A DNA stretch of 63,120 nt, counting the filler, from Octopus bimaculoides (lineage: Eukaryota): the NCBI RefSeq assembly GCF_001194135.2. It is 6 parts of 6 records of this genome, joined end to end, with 100 filler letters (N's around TTAATTAATTAA, not from the genome) between each part and the next. Parts side by side here need not be neighbours in the genome. Positions count along the whole stretch, not along the records: positions 48,828 to 59,596 come from NC_069000.1; positions 59,697 to 63,120 come from NC_068991.1; 4 more parts are not named here. The stretch is one strand, 5' to 3'. The first letter of the stretch is position 1. Each line of letters starts with the position of its first letter. Below are positions 53,220 through 63,120 of the stretch, one piece after another. Made by a program: the position numbers and the translations under genes. The notes under the pieces were generated by a model. That model ran no database searches and was not told the DNA's origin. It worked only from the letters and a program-made list of their open reading frames with translations.

Positions 53220-53537
53220 TCGGCCCGGAGCTATAGTAGAAGACACTTGCCCGAGGTGCCGTGCAGTGGGACACGTGATTGCAAAAAGAAACTTCTCAAC
53301 CACAGAACCATGCCGTGACATGCCGTGCAATGCCATGATATAATTGGTATGTTAAATCTATAAGTTAGATATACTGTATATATTTCTGAAGTATTCCATT
53401 GGCAGGAATGGGCGGTGAAGTTGCGGCAGCGTTGGCAACGGCGGTGATATGGCTGCGGGGGGCGACGGAGACGGGGAGGCAGCGGAAGCGGCGGCAGTGG
53501 AAGCGAGTGGGGGCGGCGGTGGCGGTGGCGTACTTAC

Positions 53538-53631
53538 TATAACTTAACTCAGGATGATCACTATGACGACGGAAAATGGCTGTTGGTTGCTAAGATACGG
53601 GTTATAAATATAAGCTGCGCGGAGATTTATA
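53538..53631 (-). promoter_or_regulatory. Candidate TATA promoter and short non-coding first exon of the minus-strand gene
   Basis: Minus-strand TATAAAT at 53631-53625 (second TATA-like run 53612-53602), then about 60 nt without ATG ending in a consensus donor ata|GTAAGT (53537-53532). It is followed by a GC/CpG-rich stretch (53400-53530) that is unusual for this AT-rich window. Confidence 0.4.
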
Positions 53632-54082
53632 AGCAGGCTGTCTATAGCGATATGTGTATAGGTATGTGTGAGCGCACGTGTGTGTGTGAGTGTGTGTGCA
53701 AGCCTTTGTTCAGGTGTCTGCCTCAACATTTNNNNNNNNNNNNNNNNNNNNNNNNNNNNNNNNNNNNNNNNNNNNNNNNNNNNNNNNNNNNNNNNNNNNN
53801 NNNNNNNNNNNNNNNNNNNNNNNNNNNNNNNNNNNNNNNNNNNNNNNNNNNNNNNNNNNNNNNNNNNNNNNNNNNNNNNNNNNNNNNNNNNNNNNNNNNN
53901 NNNNNNNNNNNNNNNNNNNNNNNNNNNNNNNNNNNNNNNNNNNNNNNNNNNNNNNNNNNNNNNNNNNNNNNNNNNNNNNNNNNNNNNNNNNNNNNNNNNN
54001 NNNNNNNNNNNNNNNNNNNNNNNNNNNNNNNNNNNNNNNNNNNNNNNNNNNNNNNNNNNNNNNNNNNNNNNNNNNNNNNNNN

Positions 54083-54130
<48 letters not shown>

Positions 54131-54444
54131 CATATATACATATATATATATACGCTCCATAATTTTATAAACATTGACAGTTTTATTGTTAAAAAGAAAT
54201 GGCAAAAAGAGAATTACTAACTGGCTTGTTGGATATTTGCCTATGATGATGATGATCATCATCATGATGATTTATGATGATGATTTATGATGATGATGAT
54301 TGATGATGATGATTGATGATCATGATGATGATGACGATGATGATGGCTGCAGTTCTAATACTATTTAGTCTGTTGAACACAATGAAGATAACGTAATCTG
54401 TTAAGAATGTTTGGAGAGATATACACATTAGTATTAGTATTAGT

Positions 54445-54491
<47 letters not shown>

Positions 54492-54512
54492 TATTATTAT
54501 TATTATTATTAC

Positions 54513-54609
<97 letters not shown>

Positions 54610-55334
54610 GTTATTGTTATTGTTATTATTAATTTAAAAACCAGAGCAACACAACGCGGCGGATAATACAATGCCTAAACAACAATGTTTGGTCATGGAA
54701 GCGGTTCCATTAATTCGAAGCTATTAAGTCGTTTGCGATGGTCCAAACACTCGCAGAAACACAGGCACAACTTAACATTACAATTATCGAAAAGTGTGTT
54801 AATGGATTTTGCCAGTGGCCTACTGGCCGCTGTACAGGTTGCAACCTATTTCGTATCTCATCATCATTACCATCATCACAATCATCATCATCATCCTCGT
54901 CGTCGTCGTCGTCGTCGTCATCGTAATTATCCTCATCACCATTATCATCATCGTCATCATCATCATCGTCGTCATCATCATCATCATCATCATTTATATC
55001 ATCGTCGTCGTCGTCATTACCATCATCGTCATTATCATCATCGTCATCACCATCATCATCATCGTCGTCATCATCCCCATCATCATCATCATCATCATCA
55101 TCATCACCATCACCATCATCATCAGCAGCAGCGGCAGCAGCGGCAGCATCCTTGGAATCGAAACTGCGATCTTACAGTCGTGAGCGCAACACCAGAATCA
55201 CTAGGTCACACTTACTGAGATTAAAAAAACGACCAATCGTTAGCGCCCAATGACAGAGGGAAACCCATCCCCAAATCAGGAGCAAAATAAAGTTATGCTC
55301 CCTGAGATTGGTAGCATATGAAAAGATATTATTC

Positions 55335-55785
55335 AGATGGAACAAGGTGTCTTCTGTCATGAAGTGTAAGACCAAAACGAAACAGTTGATACGGACAAGT
55401 ATTTGCATCAATTGGAAGAATTGCCAAAAAATTTACGGGGAAAAAAGCATCCCTCGTTGATCAATCATAAAAGAATGTTGTTCTTACAAGATAATGCAAC
55501 ACCACATGTTGCCGAAGTATTATGGCGTTAAATGTAGAACTTTTGCTTCATTCTCCTCTCATTCAACTCTCGTAGCCTTGTTCCATTTGACTATCGTCTT
55601 TGAAGATCACTGCAGAATTATTTAGAGGGAAAACAGTTTATTAATTGTGAACGGGTTAAAAATGATGTTGAGTGTTCCTTTGGTTGAAAACCTGAAGAAT
55701 TTTTACGCCTAAGGGATCGACTATTTGCCAAACAGATGGGATTATATTATCAATCAAGAGAGGGAAAATATAATTTTGATTAAAA
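55335..55785 (+). mobile_element. mariner transposase C-terminal (DD34D) remnant
   Basis: GVFCHEV*DQNETVDTDKYLHQLEEL; HPSLINHKRMLFLQDNATPHVA; DYRL*RSLQNYLEGKQF; GIDYLPNRWDYII. Confidence 0.75.
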
Positions 55786-57127
55786 TATATCGATCATGGC
55801 CAAAGACGCGTTTGTTTCTTTCTCATCTGGAAATGCGACAGGATTTTCTTTTCAATAAGATGTGGGAGAGAAAGGAAGAGGAGGAGGTGGAGGCGGGGGC
55901 AGAGGATGAAAAGGAAGAAGAAAAGGATGACGGACAGAGGCGACGAGAAACGAACAACAAAAATTAATTCAATAACATCAAAAAGATTTGTTCTTGTCCA
56001 AACACTTCTTAGAAGAAACAATTAGCGGTGGTGGTGGTGGTGGCGGTAGTGGCGGCGGCGGTAGTGNNNNNNNNNNNNNNNNNNNNNNNNNNNNNNNNNN
56101 NNNNNNNNNNNNNNNNNNNNNNNNNNNNNNNNNNNNNNNNNNNNNNNNNNNNNNNNNNNNNNNNNNNNNNNNNNNNNNNNNNNNNNNNNNNNNNNNNNNN
56201 NNNNNNNNNNNNNNNNNNNNNNNNNNNNNNNNNNNNNNNNNNNNNNNNNNNNNNNNNNNNNNNNNNNNNNNNNNNNNNNNNNNNNNNNNNNNNNNNNNNN
56301 NNNNNNNNNNNNNNNNNNNNNNNNNNNNNNNNNNNNNNNNNNNNNNNNNNNNNNNNNNNNNNNNNNNNNNNNNNNNNNNNNNNNNNNNNNNNNNNNNNNN
56401 NNNNNNNNNNNNNNNNNNNNNNNNNNNNNNNNNNNNNNNNNNNNNNNNNNNNNNNNNNNNNNNNNNNNNNNNNNNNNNNNNNNNNNNNNNNNNNNNNNNN
56501 NNNNNNNNNNNNNNNNNNNNNNNNNNNNNNNNNNNNNNNNNNNNNNNNNNNNNNNNNNNNNNNNNNNNNNNNNNNNNNNNNNNNNNNNNNNNNNNNNNNN
56601 NNNNNNNNNNNNNNNNNNNNNNNNNNNNNNNNNNNNNNNNTGTGATGATCGCGGTAGTAGCAGAGGAATTGGTACCGAGAGGTGCCAGCAGCATTAGAAA
56701 GCAGTGGGGGGGGGCGATTTAGAAAAAAAAAGTGGGGGTAGAGGCAAACCGATCGAAGAATAATGATATTAATGAGATGTGTTAATGGCTATTAGAATTG
56801 CAGGTAAAGCTAATGAGATATAATTAAAGGTGAGCTCCAGATATTAAATACCTTCTTTCCACCTTCAAAACCTACCCAAGCCGCTTCGCCACCGCCTATT
56901 ACGGGTGCGGCACTCGGCCTTGTTTTCTGACATCTTAATTGTCCAGCCTGAAATGTTGGCAGGGAATTAATTTAAGATTAATTATTACAGAAATAACTAA
57001 TGACATTAACAAAATAATAAAATCGGTCGTTATTGGCTCCACCATTCTAGGTTTTCCACTCTAAGTTTGGGTCTTTTTCCATACAACGGAATGTAATCAT
57101 TCTTGCTTTAAAAGCTTCCTGGTTTGG

Positions 57128-57170
<43 letters not shown>

Positions 57171-57713
57171 GCTTTTCTTTTTTTTTTTTTGCTTCAGTCA
57201 CAAGATACTCTCTGAAACTTTTTGGCGGGGTCACCATTATAATGTGGTCTCATTCAAGGAAAATACTACTACTACTGCTACCACTACTACTATTACTAAC
57301 TATTACCGTCTCCACTATTACACAATTACTAACGTTGCTGCTGTTGCTACTACTACTACTACTACTATCATTATTATTAACTGAGAGAGAAGCGCATGCC
57401 ATCAAAGTGACACTGGGGTAAAATATACGAAGCCCAGTAGACCCATCATGACTATAACTACCACTTCCATAAAGGTTGTGAATGGGGAATGATAATAGCA
57501 AAATGATGGGGTGGCCACGGCTGGAATGCTTTTTATCGTAGGTCACCCTCACAACAACAACAATTCTAAAATAATGAACCAATTGGGAGGCCTCTGCAAT
57601 ATTCGATCAAAAGTTGAAGAGCCAACAAAATCTTCAAACGGATTCTTCACATTTTGTCTGAAGATCAGAAACGTGAAACTCAGAGTTGCCAGTTTTAAAA
57701 TTCCTACAATAAC

Positions 57714-57773
<60 letters not shown>

Positions 57774-58037
57774 TTACCCGTCATGGTCCCATGATTTAGC
57801 AACGAACGGACCCTGCCCTTCGATGATGTTTGTATAATTAGGCGGGTATTACAGATCGTCATCACACCATCATCATCGTCATCACCATTATCATCATCAA
57901 CAACAACAGTATCTTCATCATCAGCAGCAGCAGCAGCGACGGTGTCATCACCATCATCATCATCTTCTTCTTCTTCTTCTTCTTCTTCTTCTTCTTCTTC
58001 TTCTTCTTCTACTTCTTCTACTTCTTCTTCTTTTTCT

Positions 58038-58069
<32 letters not shown>

Positions 58070-58843
58070 TTCTTCTTCTTCTTCTTCTTCTTCTTTATTA
58101 TCGTTATAATCAACTGCAGCAACAACAACAACAACAGCTACATCTGGTAAAGATTGTTTTCATGGTTTTTTTTATTATTATTATAAAAATAAATATATAT
58201 TATTCCCCTGAGGGAGAGTTTCAATGAGATAAAATTGTTTATGCTAGTGTGTGTGTGTGTGTGTGAATCTCTCTCTCTCTCTCTCTTTCTCTTTCTCTCT
58301 CTCTATTTCTAAGTACACGTACACATGTGAGTTCCGTGGTTCGTTTCGAAATCGTTTGAAAGTTGATTTTCTACGAAACCACACAAGAACAGTTATACAA
58401 ACATAAATGAGCACATACATACATACATACATACATACATACATACATACATACACACGTACATGTAAGCACATATGTGAGTGTGTGAACATTTGTGTGT
58501 GAGTGTATGTGTGTCTGTGTGTGTGTCTGTGAGTGTGTCTGTGTATGTGTGTGTGTGAGAGAGAGAGAGAGTTAGTGTATACACAACAGGCTTCTTTCAG
58601 CGAAATCTATCCACAAGGCTTCGGTCGGTCTGAGGCTATAGTAGAAGACGCTTGGCCAAGGTGTCACGCATTAAGACTGAACTCGGAACCATGCTGTTGG
58701 GAAAGAAGCTTCTTACCACACAGCCACTCCTGATGTATGTATGTATGTATTTTGTACATCTTCATGCGTAAATGATAATTCATAACGAGACCATATTCTT
58801 GCCATTAGTAAGCTTTCAAAACCTCTGTGAGTTTCTGAGTTTT

Positions 58844-58936
<93 letters not shown>

Positions 58937-58943
58937 CTATACA

Positions 58944-58975
<32 letters not shown>

Positions 58976-59105
58976 CGCACAAAATTTCTAGTATACATGC
59001 ATGCATACATGTATGTTGTTATGTGTGCGCATGGAAACGTCGCGCTCTGTTTAACAAGAGGTGGGGACCACACATTAGACAAGATAAAAGGGAAACAAAC
59101 CATCC

Positions 59106-59152
<47 letters not shown>

Positions 59153-59298
59153 GCAATAATACAAGCTAACATCTAGACGAGAAGATATATGTCCCCCATA
59201 AAACGTTACTAAATTATTTCATACACCATTTGAGCGACCTCTTTACGTACTTACTTACATATCAGCAGATGGATAGACAGATAGAGAGAGAGAAAGAG

Positions 59299-59367
<69 letters not shown>

Positions 59368-59508
59368 TCGATAAATATATATATATATATATGCACTCAC
59401 ACACATACATATGCACTTGTATCTATATACAAACATACCGTGTTTGGAATAAAACCTTCCAGTAGATATCTCTCGGGTATTGCAAGTGGAGAAAAAGAAA
59501 TAGCGAAC

Positions 59509-59540
<32 letters not shown>

Positions 59541-59696
59541 GAGATAGAGAAGAGGAGATGGGGGTGAGAAAGAGAAAAAAGAGAGAGAGAGGATATNNNN
59601 NNNNNNNNNNNNNNNNNNNNNNNNNNNNNNNNNNNNNNNNTTAATTAATTAANNNNNNNNNNNNNNNNNNNNNNNNNNNNNNNNNNNNNNNNNNNN

Positions 59697-59742
<46 letters not shown>

Positions 59743-60302
59743 CCCTACACTGCTCCACTCCAATGCAATCAATGAATGTCACGTTTATTTTTATTGAAGA
59801 AACTCTTCGTTCAATCTCTTATGTTATCTCCTATACCGGCATCCTTCCTGCTAGAAATACCAGTCCTCCTTCCAAATCACACGCCACTATCTCAAAATTT
59901 GAAGAACACATTGAATTAATGTTGCCCTATACATATGTGTGTGTATGTGTGTGTATGTGTGTGTGTGTGTGTGTCTATTGTTTTAACATGGAATGATCTT
60001 GGCTCGAATGCGGTTGGTCAATGACCTGGTCAATCATATCTGATCCGGCTCTAAGCAACAACACCTACTGCTGCTGTTGATATTACAAGACAAAAACAAG
60101 ACCTCCACACAGCTGTTTGATCCACTAGAAATAACAGTTAGGCACACCTTGAACCGCGGCTATCTCGTTTGAAAACAACGGACATTTTACAAAGTTAGTT
60201 CCAGATAGAATATATCTGAAAGAATGGAATCATCTGGACGGCCAAGCGTGGAACACTTTTTATTATAGAATCGCCAGATTCGCGTTTAACTGTGATGAAA
60301 CT

Positions 60303-60684
60303 TGTTGTTGGCACTCCGTCGCTTACGACGTCGAGGGTTCCAGTTGATCCGATCAACGGAACAGCCTGCTCGTGAAATTAACGTGCAAGTGGCTGAGCAC
60401 TCCACAGACACGTGTACCCTTAACGTAGTTCTCGGGGATATCCAGTGTGACACACTGTGACAAGGCTAACCCTTTGAATTACAGGCACAACAGAAACAGG
60501 AAGTAAGAGTGAGAGAAAGTTGTGGTGAAAGAGTACAGCAGGGTTCACCACCATCCCCTGTCGGAGCCTCGTGGAGCTTTAGGTGTTTTCGCTCAATAAA
60601 CTCACAACGCCCGGTCTGGGAATCGAAACCGCGATCCTATGACCGCGAATCCGCTGCTCTAACCACTGGGCCATTGCGCCTCCA
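60303..60684 (-). mobile_element. SINE family A, full length, 13-14-bp TSD
   Basis: Aligns with 1151-1541; TSD (a)ctgtgatgaaact at 60289-60302 and 60684-60697. Confidence 0.9.
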
Positions 60685-61154
60685 CTGTGATGAAACTATG
60701 TCAACAATAACAGTATCAACAACTCGACTAGTACCCTGTATTTTTCTGTATGTTATTCGTTATCACCGACAGAAGCAGTGTTAGTTTAAAATAGTAATGT
60801 ATGTATCATTCTTAAAGTAAATATATCACTGAAAGACGGCTACACTGTAGTATTCGTCTCGAGAATGCATCTCGTTTAGACGTTCAGTGTTAAATTCGCA
60901 GAAATATATCAGAGCAGACGAAAATCGTCCAGCATCGGTAATGGCACTGTCTCCCTTCTATAGTTTGGAATAGTTTGGAAGTTCGCTTCGCTATCAAGAG
61001 ATTTCAGGTTCGGTTTCATCGTGTGGTATTTTGGACAGGTGCATTTTAGTTTTATACGAACGAGTTCGTAAAATGGATTACACAGATAATTCAAAGGGTT
61101 GGTCTTGTCTCACGCCGTGTAATGCTGATTCCGCCTGAGTACTATATTAAGGGT

Positions 61155-61527
61155 GTGGAGGCGCAATGGCCCAGTGGTTAGGGGAGCGGACTCGCGGTCA
61201 TAGGATCGCGGTTTCGATTCCAGGACTGGGCGTTGTGAGTGTTTATTGAGCGAAAACACCTAAAAGCTCCACGAGACTCCGACAGGGAATGGTGGCGAAA
61301 CCTGCTGTACTCTTTCACCACAACTTTCTCTCACTCTTTCTTCCTGTTTCTGTTGTACCTCTACTTCAAAGGGCCAGCCTTGTCACGCTGAATATCCCCG
61401 AGAACTACGTTGAGGGTACACGTGTGTGTGGAGTGCTCAACCACTTGCACGTTAATTTCACGAGCAGGCTGTTCCGTTGATCGGATCTACTGGAACCCTT
61501 GACGGCGTAAGCGACGGAATGCCAACA
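61155..61527 (+). mobile_element. SINE family A
   Basis: Same consensus as the other copies; abuts the Tc1-like MITE at its 3' end. Confidence 0.9.
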
Positions 61528-61530
61528 CAT

Positions 61531-61902
61531 AGCGTGGTCCAAAAGTCTTGTCATCCCCTACCGAAAAGTACCAACAGCAATAGAAGAACGATATAATAGT
61601 ATTAAACACATGTACTGGTCTTTGTATATTCACTTTCATTGACGTTGACACTGTCACACATCGAGAAAGACTATGAACACCATCATTTTCTATCCCACAA
61701 AATGATGCGGCGCCATGTCCTGTGTGATATTGTACGAAGCTGTCGGTGTCATACAGACCTTCTCGATGTGTGACGGTGTGAGTGTCAATGAAAGTGAATA
61801 TACTAAAACCAATACATGTGTTTGGTATTATTATATTGTTCCTATATTGTTCTTATTAATTTTCGATGGGGAAGGGGGGTGAAAAGACTTTCGCACCACT
61901 CT
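61531..61902. mobile_element. Tc1-like MITE with roughly 150-bp imperfect TIRs
   Basis: Arms 61531-61681 and 61745-61902 (for example gtatattcactttcattgac / gtcaatgaaagtgaatatac); termini gcgtggtccaaaagtc and gactttcgcaccactc. Confidence 0.75.
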
Positions 61903-62534
61903 TTATACAAAAAATTTATCTAATTAACATAATTTGTCAAGATTTTGACAATGCAGTGACATCAGTTCCTAAGCAAATCTTTCTCTGAAAATCGAACAGG
62001 CAATCTTGTGATTTGTGCAGCGAAAATTCTTGCGACCATTAATTTTATATTACAAAAACATTGTCTATCTAGTTAAGATAATTTGTATGTTATATCCTTT
62101 TAAAATGTTTCTCCACCTCCACCACCTCCGCCAACACTACGACCTCTACCGCCACAGAGAAAGCAATATTTAGACAAAACATTTCTATGGAGAGGTTTTA
62201 TAAGAAATACAATCTCGTGCTTTTTTATCGTTGTGTTTCTATTGTTTCCGTTTGAGAAAAATTACAAGTGCAATTTCCTAGAATTTTATTGTAAATTGGA
62301 TCTTCGTGTTGGAACTGCGATCTTTTTTTACTTGTAGTCATCGTGTCCAATCCCAAATCTTAAGTGGAACGTCTGTTCAATTTCAAGTGATTTGGTACTA
62401 TACACTCATCAGTATAGTTGAGATCTAAAGAATGTTGTTATTGTTGTTGTTGCTTGTGGTGGTGTTGATAAAAATACATTCATTCTGTTAATTAAAACTA
62501 TATTGACATCAAATTTTGTCACTTGGCCAGTAAG

Positions 62535-62905
62535 TTTGAGGAGAGAGGTTAAGCCGATTACCTCGACCCTAGTGTTCCACTGAGGCTTATTTTATCGACC
62601 CCGTAAGGATGAGGGAGTAAGTCGACCTCGGCGGAATTTGAACTCAGAACGAAAAGACAGACGAAATGCCGCTAAGGATTTTGCGTGGTGTAGAAACGAT
62701 TCTGCCTTTTTAATAACAATCCTTTCTACTGAAGACACATGGCCTGACATTTTGGGAGAGGGAACTAGTCGATTACATAGATCCCAGTGTCTCACTGGTA
62801 CTTAATTTATCAACTCCGCCAGAATGAAAGGCAAAGTCAACCTCGGCGGAATTTGAACTCAGAACGTAGCGACAGACGAAATCGGCGTGCTAGCGATTCT
62901 TCCAG
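62535..62905 (-). mobile_element. SINE family C dimer
   Basis: Two gaactcagaacg / cctcggcggaattt units. Confidence 0.85.
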
Positions 62906-63120
62906 CCTTGCCTGCTGTTGATTAATTATAATACTCAAAGAAAAAAAAATAGAGAGAGAATGTTCTCCTTGCAAGGATCGTTATTTCTTTCTTCGACTGA
63001 TTTTATGTAAACCTGCTGCGTAAATGGTAATTTGTCTTAGTAATGTCTCCCCATCTCCGCCTCCGATCTCATCTGACACTCCTAGAGAAATAAAAGAAAG
63101 TATTATTAGCGGTAGAGGGA

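Noticed and set aside
54685-55218. 177-aa His/Arg-rich ORF
   Set aside because: A pure (CAT/CGT)n cryptic microsatellite with no splice or domain support.

Overview
Repeat-dense eukaryotic genomic DNA, very likely cephalopod (Octopus-like, inferred from the SINE families, the microsatellite load and the gap style), with about 10 kb of N gaps. No intact long ORF is present, and almost all ORFs in the supplied track are microsatellite or N artefacts. Most of the window is probably intronic to a minus-strand gene. Its best-supported parts are a terminal coding exon at 2547-2431 (acidic C-terminal tail) and a possible TATA promoter with a short first exon near 53.6 kb; the internal exons are weak candidates or may lie in gaps. 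The rest consists of at least four SINE families, decayed LINEs (Tx1/L1 clade and R4/Dong clade, both associated with microsatellites), a Penelope-like element (PLE) with terminal repeats, mariner/Tc1/hAT/pogo remnants and many MITE-like inverted repeats. The most interesting signals are five or six hammerhead-ribozyme-like motifs of different architectures. They include a non-canonical minimal motif with a compensatory G3:C8 core swap (45695-45645) and a PLE motif with a roughly 60-70 nt insertion in loop II. Other notable features are a perfect 80-bp inverted repeat (39676-39932), a fold-back mariner MITE present twice with the same junction, and a LINE endonuclease fragment captured inside a SINE between 30-bp duplications.
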